Source: Planctomycetota bacterium (GTDB lineage Bacteria > Planctomycetota > Phycisphaerae > WQYP01). Taken from it: 64,000 bases of DNA. Under the pieces are notes generated by a model. The model searched no databases and was not told the DNA's origin. It worked only from the letters and a program-made list of their open reading frames with translations. Shown here one piece after another: positions 57,265-64,000 of the stretch (position 1 is the stretch's first letter; every line of letters starts with the position of its first letter). The translations under genes were made by a program, and so were the position numbers. Where the stretch lies: positions 6,209 to 70,208 of the forward strand of contig JAKAEZ010000011.1 of assembly GCA_021819825.1 (NCBI GenBank), read 5' to 3'.

Positions 57265-59064
57265 ATGCACCGTAGAGAATTCTGTAAACTGCTGGCCGGC
57301 GCAGCGACTGCCGCGGCCCTTCCGACGTTGGGTCAATCCGTTAACGCGGCTCCGATGGGTGCCGGCGGATTTGATCGGTATACCGAAACGTTCCCTGAAT
57401 TCTGTGCCACACCCGCCAATCAGCGTGTGTTTTATGCCTTGCGTGGCCAGTCCATTGTACGCGAGAAACTTCACAACACCGGCTGGCGACCCACGGGTTG
57501 GGGCAATCCGCCGGCGATTCCGGTTCCTGGTGGATCACATGATGGCGTGCCGATGGAATCGCCGATTCCCAATCTAGCCGGAGATGGGCCTTATGAGCCT
57601 ACCTGGCAGTCGCTGCTGAACTATGACTGTCCGGAATGGTATCGCGATGCCAAGTTCGGCATTTGGAATCACTGGAGTCCCCAATGCGTTCCGGAAGATG
57701 GGGACTGGTACGCCCGTAACATGTACATTCAAGGCTCCTGGCAAAATAAATATCAGGTGCAACATTACGGCCCGCCATGCAAATTTGGCTATAAAGATCT
57801 TTGCGCTCAATGGACTTTGCTGAACTGGGAGCCTGAGCACCTCATGGATCGCTATAAAAAGGCCGGTGCCAAGCTCTTTATTGCTCTGGCCAACCATCAT
57901 GACGGCTTTGACACCTGGAATTCCAAACATCATCAATGGAATGCTCACAACATCGGGCCGCATCGAGATGTCATCGGCACATGGGCCAACACCGCCCGCC
58001 GGCACGGTATGCGATTCGGTGTTACCGTCCACCAGGCCCGTAACTGGTGGTGGTTCCAAACCTCGCACGGGGCGGATAAGTCGGGTCCGTATGCCGGCAT
58101 CCCCTATGATGGAGTTTTGACCAAAGCGGATGGCAAGGGCCAATGGTGGGAAGGCTATGATCCCCAACAACTCTACAACGCCAAGCATCCCTTTAATGCC
58201 TTACCCGATATTTCCTATGTTAAAAATTTCTATGATCGCACGCGTGATCTGGTGGATCAGCACAATCCTGATTTACTGTATTTTGATAATCCCCTTTTCC
58301 CGCTGGGTTGGGCGGGTATGAACATTGGTGCCTATTTCTATAACCACAACCTGAAAACCCACGGCGGTAAAATGGAAGGGGTGATCAACATTAAAAATGT
58401 CCCGCCAAAATTGCTTAAAAGCGTGGTAGCCGATATTGAACGCGGGCTTAGCGGCGGGATTATGCCCTACCCCTGGCAATCCGAAACATGCATCGGACAA
58501 TGGCATTATCTGCGCGCATTATTCGATCACCCCGGCGAATATGGCGGCTACATGCACCCGCGCGAGGCCATCCACTGGATGATTGATACCGTCAGCAAGA
58601 ATGGTACATTTATTCTCAATATTCCCGGCAAGCCTGACGGCACCATTGATCGCAAAGAAAAACTGATTCTCGAAAAGCTCGGCGAATGGTTCGCGGTAAA
58701 TGGCGAGGCTATTTATTCCACGCGTCCATGGAAAGTGTATGGCGAGGGTCCCAACATGATCAAAGCCGGTTCCTTCCAGGGAAACAGCATCCGCAGCATG
58801 GGCGTTAAGGATATTCGCTTTACCCGTAATAAAGCCAATACCGTGGTCTATGCGCTGGTACTGGGCTGGCCGCACGATGCCTTTTTAATCCACGCTTTGG
58901 GCACGGCCTCCGCCGCTAAACCTGGAAAAATTGCTCATGTGCAATTGCTGGGCACCGAGGAAAAACTGCAATGGAAACAATCCGCGACGGCCTTACGCGT
59001 GGAATTGCCGAAGTACCGCCCCACAACGGACTATGCGGTGGCGCTGAAAGTGGTCTTGGCGTGA
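57265..59064 (+). CDS. Alpha-L-fucosidase, GH29, with a Tat-type signal
   Basis: It has MHRREFCKLLAGAATAAALP (twin-Arg), WYRDAKFGIWNHWSPQ, and YKKAGAKLFIALANHHDGFDTWNS. The RBS aggag lies upstream of ATG 57265. Confidence 0.85.
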   Translation: MHRREFCKLLAGAATAAALPTLGQSVNAAPMGAGGFDRYTETFPEFCATPANQRVFYALRGQSIVREKLHNTGWRPTGWGNPPAIPVPGGSHDGVPMESPIPNLAGDGPYEPTWQSLLNYDCPEWYRDAKFGIWNHWSPQCVPEDGDWYARNMYIQGSWQNKYQVQHYGPPCKFGYKDLCAQWTLLNWEPEHLMDRYKKAGAKLFIALANHHDGFDTWNSKHHQWNAHNIGPHRDVIGTWANTARRHGMRFGVTVHQARNWWWFQTSHGADKSGPYAGIPYDGVLTKADGKGQWWEGYDPQQLYNAKHPFNALPDISYVKNFYDRTRDLVDQHNPDLLYFDNPLFPLGWAGMNIGAYFYNHNLKTHGGKMEGVINIKNVPPKLLKSVVADIERGLSGGIMPYPWQSETCIGQWHYLRALFDHPGEYGGYMHPREAIHWMIDTVSKNGTFILNIPGKPDGTIDRKEKLILEKLGEWFAVNGEAIYSTRPWKVYGEGPNMIKAGSFQGNSIRSMGVKDIRFTRNKANTVVYALVLGWPHDAFLIHALGTASAAKPGKIAHVQLLGTEEKLQWKQSATALRVELPKYRPTTDYAVALKVVLA

Positions 59065-59109
59065 AGGCGGTCGCTGGCCGGAAAATAAAGCGCCTGCTAT
59101 AGTGTGTAC

Positions 59110-60876
59110 ATGGCAGCAGGTTACACAGTTTTGGCTCGGCGGTACCGCTCGCAGAACTTCGACCAACTCATTGGTCAGGAAGCAATCGCCACGACGTTGA
59201 AAAACGCCGTATCCACCGGGCGTTTGGCCCATGCTTTCCTCTTCACCGGCACCCGCGGAGTTGGGAAAACGTCATCTGCCCGCATTCTGGCAAAGGCGAT
59301 TAACTGCCCGAATTCCGGCGGTGGCCAGCCGTGCGGCCAATGCCCGACCTGCAAAGCCATTGCCGCCGGCGAAGATATTGATGTTATTGAAATCGATGGA
59401 GCCAGCAACAACGGTGTTGATCAGATTCGTGATTTAAGGCAAAGTGCCGGTATTACGCCCAGCCACAGTAACTTTAAGATATATATTATTGACGAAGTTC
59501 ACATGTTGTCGATGGCGGCGTTCAACGCCTTGCTGAAAACCCTGGAAGAACCGCCTCCGCACGTAAAATTCATTTTTGCCACCACCGATGTGCATAAAGT
59601 TCCGGCCACGATTTTAAGTCGCTGTCAGCGCTATGACTTTAAAAACATTCCCGCCGCCCGCATCACCGACCATTTGATGGAAATCTGTCGGCAGGAAAAT
59701 GCCGAGGCGGAAAAAGCAGCGCTGCATCGTATCGCGATTCTGGCCGCCGGGTCCATGCGGGATGCGCTTTCACTGCTGGATCGGGTGTTGTCCCTGGGCG
59801 CGGGACGGATCACTGAAAAGCTGCTGGATGATCTGCTGGGTAAGCCATCCCTGGCCAACATGACGGACTTGGCGGCGGCAATGGCGGCGGGGGACGCGGC
59901 GGCGGTGCTGAAGCTTTCTGATCGGATGCTTCTGGAAGGCATGTCTGCGGAGCAGGTGCTTAGCGAATTAACAGATCTGTTGCGTCATTTGATGATTCTG
60001 CGCGTGTGCGGGGCGGAAACGGAAATTTTGGATATTCCAGGTGAATGGCGGGGCGCTCTGGTAAAGCTCGCCCCCGCATTTGATGCTTCGCTGCTGGTGC
60101 ATCATATTGCATTATGCGATCAGACACTACGCTCTTTGCGTGGCTCAACCATGCAGCGGCCTTTATTTGACGCCTTAATGGTTCGACTGGCTATGGCGGG
60201 GCAGTTCAGCAGTATCCGGCAGATACTGGAATCAGGACAACTGCCGCCTCCGGACGCGCAAAAAAAAAATGATTCACCAAGCATTGCAGTCCAGCCCGAC
60301 TCCCCGCATGTGACAATTTCCACCCGACCGCAAAGCCGCCAACTCACCAGTCCGCCCTCTTCGCAACCGCCGCCGGACTCGCCGGCACCGTTGCGGTCGC
60401 CCGCGCTGACCGCCACCGTTACGCCCAGTGTTGAAGACGGCAACTCAATGTGGGAATCCGTGGAAGCGTATCTGCTGGAAAATCAGGGGGCTTCCCTGGT
60501 TAATTTGCTTAATGGCCAAGCGCGCATTATTTCTTCGGATGTCGGCACGGGTGCAATAAAATTGGAAGTGCCCGGTCACACGCATACCATGGTGAGTAGT
60601 GATCGCTACATGCGGATGATTGAGACGGCTTTTGCGGCGCAAATGGGCAAAGCGTGTCGCCTGGAAATTATCGCTGCAGCGCGCCCGGTCGCCATGGCTG
60701 CGCCCCAGGCAATCGCGCCGGTTCGTCCGGCCCCTGTGTCCAGCCCGCGCGTTTCCCCGGAGTTAATGAAACGTGCCCAGGACATGCCCGCCGTTAAGCT
60801 GTTGATGGAAAAAATGGGGGCAAAACTTGTGAATGTGGAACCGCTGGAAGTCAGTTCGGAACCTTCGGATCATTGA
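59110..60876 (+). CDS. dnaX: DNA polymerase III subunits tau/gamma
   Basis: It has YRSQNFDQLIGQE, FTGTRGVGKTS, the Zn module CGQCPTC, IIDEVHMLS and SRCQRYDF. Confidence 0.92.
   Translation: MAAGYTVLARRYRSQNFDQLIGQEAIATTLKNAVSTGRLAHAFLFTGTRGVGKTSSARILAKAINCPNSGGGQPCGQCPTCKAIAAGEDIDVIEIDGASNNGVDQIRDLRQSAGITPSHSNFKIYIIDEVHMLSMAAFNALLKTLEEPPPHVKFIFATTDVHKVPATILSRCQRYDFKNIPAARITDHLMEICRQENAEAEKAALHRIAILAAGSMRDALSLLDRVLSLGAGRITEKLLDDLLGKPSLANMTDLAAAMAAGDAAAVLKLSDRMLLEGMSAEQVLSELTDLLRHLMILRVCGAETEILDIPGEWRGALVKLAPAFDASLLVHHIALCDQTLRSLRGSTMQRPLFDALMVRLAMAGQFSSIRQILESGQLPPPDAQKKNDSPSIAVQPDSPHVTISTRPQSRQLTSPPSSQPPPDSPAPLRSPALTATVTPSVEDGNSMWESVEAYLLENQGASLVNLLNGQARIISSDVGTGAIKLEVPGHTHTMVSSDRYMRMIETAFAAQMGKACRLEIIAAARPVAMAAPQAIAPVRPAPVSSPRVSPELMKRAQDMPAVKLLMEKMGAKLVNVEPLEVSSEPSDH
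60260..60272 (+). promoter_or_regulatory. dnaX: Candidate recoding/slippage site in dnaX: an A10 run followed by a -1-frame TGA
   Basis: Codons 384-387 read CAA AAA AAA AAT. A shift of -1, or one extra A in the mRNA, gives CAA AAA AAA AAA TGA. Confidence 0.4.
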
Positions 60877-60914
60877 ATCGCAAAATCATGAAGAATATTC
60901 AGAAATGAGGAACC

Positions 60915-61265
60915 ATGTTTGATTCGCTAAAATCTCTGGGCCAGCTTGGGCCTTTAATGGCTAAAGCCCGGGAAATGCAAACTAAAATGGCGGAAGTGCA
61001 GCAGAAACTCGGCGATATTAAAGCTGAAAGTTCGGCTGCGGGCGGAATGATTACTGTCACCGCCAACGGCCGCATGGAAATTATAGAATTGTACTTTTCG
61101 CCTGATGCCGTGCGCCTGGAGGCACCGGTGCTGGCGGATTTAACCCGCTGTGCCGTCAATGACGCGCTGGTGAATGTTCGCAATAGGGTGCAGCAGGAAA
61201 TGCAGGGGGTGGCCGGCGATATGGATTTATCCGGAATTCAAAAAATGATGGGAATGCCTTCATGA
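60915..61265 (+). CDS. ybaB: Nucleoid-associated protein YbaB/EbfC
   Basis: It has LMAKAREMQTKMAEVQQKL...GGMITVTANGRMEI and sits in the conserved dnaX-ybaB-recR order. Confidence 0.9.
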   Translation: MFDSLKSLGQLGPLMAKAREMQTKMAEVQQKLGDIKAESSAAGGMITVTANGRMEIIELYFSPDAVRLEAPVLADLTRCAVNDALVNVRNRVQQEMQGVAGDMDLSGIQKMMGMPS

Positions 61266-61891
61266 CAGACCATTCCATTGCTTACAGCGCCAGCGTCCGG
61301 CGACTCATGGACATGCTTGGGCAATTGCCCGGTGTCGGCAGTCGCTCCGCGGAGCGGATGGTTTTTCACATCCTCAAAGCCAGTTCTGAAGATGCATTGG
61401 CGTTAGCGGATGCTATTCGCGCTGTTAAGCAACAGGTCCGTCATTGCAGTACATGTTATCACTTAACGGAATTTGACCCGTGTGAAATTTGTCGCAATCC
61501 CAGCCGCGACACATCCGTGATTTGTGTTGTCGAACAACCTAAGGATTTGTTTCAAATTGAAGCCACCGGCACCTATAGGGGGGTGTACCACGTTTTGCTG
61601 GGGCACCTGGCCCCTTTAGATGGTATTACTCCGGAAAATCTCACCGTTGACGCTTTGGTCGCCCGCATAGAGCAACGTGATGCGACGGGAAATCCGCTGA
61701 TTCGGGAAGTTATTATCGCCACAAATCCGACCATGGACGGGGACGGTACGGCGCTTTATTTACAAAGTCGTCTGGAAAATTCCGGCGTGGTTATTACGCG
61801 GCTGGCTCGCGGCCTGCCGACCGGAGCGCAGATTGAACACGCCAACAAGGCTATCCTGGCTGATGCTCTCTCCGGACGCATTAAAATGTAA
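61262..61891 (+). CDS. recR: Recombination protein RecR
   Basis: It has LPGVGSRSAERMVFHIL (HhH), CSTCYHLTEFDPCEIC (Cys4) and a Toprim region VICVVEQPKD. It overlaps ybaB with an ATGA. Confidence 0.95.
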   Translation: MTDHSIAYSASVRRLMDMLGQLPGVGSRSAERMVFHILKASSEDALALADAIRAVKQQVRHCSTCYHLTEFDPCEICRNPSRDTSVICVVEQPKDLFQIEATGTYRGVYHVLLGHLAPLDGITPENLTVDALVARIEQRDATGNPLIREVIIATNPTMDGDGTALYLQSRLENSGVVITRLARGLPTGAQIEHANKAILADALSGRIKM

Positions 61892-62110
61892 GATGAAATG
61901 TAAGTTCGCCGCCGCGCTGCGGTGTGGAATAATTCCGTTCGGCAAAACCCGACCGCGGTAAACGTCCATGCAAAGGACATATCGGCTTATCGAGTTCGGT
62001 GGGCGCGTGCGCACCAGTCGCTGGCATACGCCTGATGGTGATCAGGCCACGTTTTTCGGCATGGCAGCCTCGGCCGCCGTCGGCGGATTCCCAAAGCAAA
62101 AATAATTCAC

Positions 62111-62142
62111 TTGACCTTACACCTAAGTGCAAGGTGTACAAT
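62111..62142 (+). promoter_or_regulatory. MerR/CueR-family-type promoter: TTGACC, 20-bp spacer containing a 7-7-7 dyad, then TACAAT
   Basis: The -35 is TTGACC (62111-62116) and the -10 is TACAAT (62137-62142). The dyad is TACACCT (62118-62124) / AGGTGTA (62132-62138). An over-long spacer with a centred dyad is the hallmark of MerR-family activated promoters. Confidence 0.45.
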
Positions 62143-62230
62143 TACCCAGTCATCCAAATTCCGGGCTATCCCGGCTTATCTGGAATGAGGATTATTTGGG
62201 TACAAGCCGGGCTTAATAAGGAGGTGTCCT

Positions 62231-62437
62231 ATGAAGGGCACACTGTTATCGCTGGCCGTAGCGTTGCTGGCGGCGGGTATTGGATTGCCGGGGCTGGCCA
62301 ACGCCGGTCCGAGGGTTCCGGGGCATTCAATCACCAGTGCATTGAAGGTAATGACTGCCAAGTGCAAGGAACCCCAGTGCAATCCGAAGGCCCCGCGCTG
62401 CAACAAGCCCGGGTGTCAGCCTGGCTGTTGCCACTGA
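62231..62437 (+). CDS. Secreted Cys-rich peptide (68-aa precursor; 7 Cys and a terminal His in the last 25 residues)
   Basis: A strong SD (taaggagg) lies 6 nt before the ATG. The signal peptide is MKGTLLSLAVALLAAGIGLPGLANA. The C-terminus is KCKEPQCNPKAPRCNKPGCQPGCCH. It lies between the MerR-type promoter and merA. Confidence 0.55.
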   Translation: MKGTLLSLAVALLAAGIGLPGLANAGPRVPGHSITSALKVMTAKCKEPQCNPKAPRCNKPGCQPGCCH

Positions 62438-62470
62438 TCGGCTTTAGCGGTGGAACCGCCAGCCTCGCTT

Positions 62471-62522
62471 CACCGGGCAACCGTGCAGGCGCGTGCATCA
62501 CTACGCCTGCACGGTTCCGGTG
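62471..62522 (+). other. Strong intercistronic stem-loop between the Cys-rich peptide gene and merA
   Basis: AACCGTGCAGGCG (62479-62491) pairs perfectly with CGCCTGCACGGTT (62504-62516). The stem extends through CACCGG/CCGGTG with a 2-nt bulge. No U-tract follows. Confidence 0.55.
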
Positions 62523-62574
62523 GGTTTGAATTGCTAAGTTGAATACCGCGGATTGTGCGGAGAAATGAGTGTAT

Positions 62575-64000
62575 ATGATTTCTTGTTGTGGTAACGGTGG
62601 GTGTGAAGATTCAGTTGAAAGTTTGATTATTATTGGCGGCGGGTCCGCCGCATTTTCAGCCGCCACGCGTGCGGTGGAACTCGGGGCTAAAAAAGTCACC
62701 ATCATGAATGATGGCTTGCCGACGGGGGGTACTTGTGTAAATGTCGGCTGCGTTCCTTCCAAAACCCTGATCCGCGCTGCTGAGTCACTGCATCGCGCAA
62801 CGCACAATCGCTTTGCCGGCATTAAGACCAGTGGGATACTGACGGATTTTTCCGCCGTTATTGAAGAAAAGCGTCAACTGGTTGCTGATCTGCGGCAGGC
62901 CAAATATGTCAACGTGATCCAGGATTTGCCGCAGGTGCGGTTGGTCAAAGGGCACGCCAAGCTGCTTGATGCTCGTAGCGTGCAGGTGGGTGAGATGCGG
63001 CTGTCAGCCGACCATATTCTTATAGCGACCGGCGCTACCGCCGGGATACCGAATATTCCGGGGTTGTCTGAAGCGGGTTATTTAACGAATGAATCGGCGT
63101 TTGACTTGGAAACTCTGCCGGAGTCGCTGATCGTTCTGGGCGGACGATATATCGCGCTGGAATGCGCACAGATGTTCGCGCGGCTGGGCAGCCATGTAAC
63201 GGTGCTGCAAAGATCGAATCGTATATTGCCTGCGGAATCTGAGGATATCACCAACGCGTTGACGGGCTATCTCACGGAGGAAGGCTTGGAGATTCTCACC
63301 GCTGTTGCCGTTGAACGGGTTCATCGTGGGAAGCAGGGCGTTGTTGTAATGGCTAAAATCAATGGTGAAAGTCGGGAACTTACCGCCTCGCAAATTCTTG
63401 TGGCCACCGGCCGTAGACCCAACACCCGTAATATGGGCTTGGAAAATGCCGGCGTGTTGCTTGATGACCGCGGCTATATTCAAGTCAGTCCAACGCTGCA
63501 AACTACGTTGCCCGGCGTTTGGGCGGCGGGGGATGTACTGGGACAGAATATGTTTGTCTACACGGCGGCCTACGAAGGCGCGCTGGCGGTAGAAAACATG
63601 CTAACCAAAGCGGATCGGGTAGCGGATTATACCGCGTTGCCATGGGTGATCTTCACCGATCCGCAGGTTGCCGGTGTGGGCATGGATGAGCGGCAGGCTG
63701 TTGCGGCAGGCCATGATGCTGAGGTTGCCACATTGCCTTTGAGCCATGTCCCACGCGCTATTGCCGCCCGTGACACGCGTGGTCTGATCCAACTGATCCG
63801 CGATAAGAAAACCGATTTGCTGCTGGGTGCCCGAATTCTGGCTCCGGAAGGCGCGGAACTGCTGATGGAATTGGCCATGGCGATCAAATTCGGCATTTCA
63901 GTTACGCAACTGCGCAACAGTTTCCATGCGTATTTGACACTGAGCGAAGGAATCAAACTGGCGGCGATTACTTTTGGTAAAGATGTTGCGCAATTAAGTT
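62575..64000 (+). CDS. merA: Mercuric reductase core (no NmerA/HMA domain); the 3' end runs off the window
   Basis: Not in the ORF track because no stop lies in the window. Hand translation gives MISCCGNGGCEDSVESLIIIGGGSAAFSAATRAVELGAKKVTIMNDGLPTGGTCVNVGCVPSKTLIRAA...VWAAGDV...LPWVIFTDPQVAGVG...SFHAYLTLSEGIKLAAITFGKDVAQLS. The MerA C-terminus normally continues with CCAG. An alternative GTG start lies at 62569, 6 nt after GGAG. Confidence 0.85.
   Translation, partial: MISCCGNGGCEDSVESLIIIGGGSAAFSAATRAVELGAKKVTIMNDGLPTGGTCVNVGCVPSKTLIRAAESLHRATHNRFAGIKTSGILTDFSAVIEEKRQLVADLRQAKYVNVIQDLPQVRLVKGHAKLLDARSVQVGEMRLSADHILIATGATAGIPNIPGLSEAGYLTNESAFDLETLPESLIVLGGRYIALECAQMFARLGSHVTVLQRSNRILPAESEDITNALTGYLTEEGLEILTAVAVERVHRGKQGVVVMAKINGESRELTASQILVATGRRPNTRNMGLENAGVLLDDRGYIQVSPTLQTTLPGVWAAGDVLGQNMFVYTAAYEGALAVENMLTKADRVADYTALPWVIFTDPQVAGVGMDERQAVAAGHDAEVATLPLSHVPRAIAARDTRGLIQLIRDKKTDLLLGARILAPEGAELLMELAMAIKFGISVTQLRNSFHAYLTLSEGIKLAAITFGKDVAQLS

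Noticed and set aside
57574-58188. A 204-aa minus-strand ORF inside the GH29 fucosidase gene, and a 223-aa minus-strand ORF at 3947-4618 inside the TPR gene.
   Set aside because: Both are antisense to well-supported long ORFs and have no independent signals.
61999-62529. A 176-aa plus-strand ORF covering the MerR-type promoter, the Cys-rich peptide gene and the stem-loop.
   Set aside because: It lacks an RBS and reads through the promoter and hairpin. The overlapping 68-aa ORF has a strong SD and a bona fide signal peptide.
1-64000. A search by eye for tRNA/rRNA genes, CRISPR repeats, transposases, integrases, phage genes and recognisable anti-phage defence genes.
   Set aside because: I found none. 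No T-loop/acceptor-like tRNA signatures, no regularly spaced repeats, and no DDE, tyrosine-recombinase, nuclease or Sir2/TIR-type ORFs were recognised. A computational scan (tRNAscan-SE, Infernal, PADLOC/DefenseFinder) would be needed to confirm this.

Overview
This is a gene-dense, moderately GC-rich chromosomal window. I recognised no rRNA, tRNA, CRISPR array, transposase or integrase. All calls come from by-eye motif recognition on the supplied ORF track plus hand translation; no database search was run. The gene content includes a DUF1559/H-X9-DG pseudopilin, a 609-aa signal peptidase I, giant TPR and Q-rich membrane proteins, and scattered fucose/rhamnose genes. That mix suggests a PVC-superphylum (Planctomycetota/Verrucomicrobiota-like) glycan degrader, which is inference only. 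Two genes cut by the window edges are missing from the ORF track: holA (1-242, minus strand) and a core-type merA (62575-64000). Housekeeping genes are holA, apbC, lpd, lepB, coaD, nadC, birA and dnaX-ybaB-recR. Six regions deserve a second look. (1) An operon at 563-10965 encodes a 1663-aa TPR protein with an embedded C39-like cysteine-peptidase core, a LolA-like protein, an MMPL exporter fused to a lipoprotein-like domain, and a PaaK-like adenylating enzyme. A separate GT2/acyltransferase pair lies at 17933-19845. (2) A stand-alone NuoL/M/N-like trio at 20240-25523 appears to have lost most canonical proton-channel residues. (3) An 11-gene, translationally coupled operon at 45248-55472 encodes a porin, a BMP-type ABC importer, three isochorismatase-like cysteine hydrolases, a cupin and allophanate hydrolase. 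It resembles a biuret/triuret-type ureido-nitrogen catabolic system and sits behind a 540-nt structured leader. (4) dnaX contains an A10 run with an immediate -1-frame TGA. (5) A MerR/CueR-type promoter with a 20-bp spacer and a 7-7-7 dyad drives a secreted Cys-rich 68-aa peptide, a strong stem-loop and merA. (6) A 1314-aa membrane-anchored Q/A-rich protein is coupled to a prenyltransferase-like toroid protein, and a hyper-acidic small protein lies at 33170-33550.
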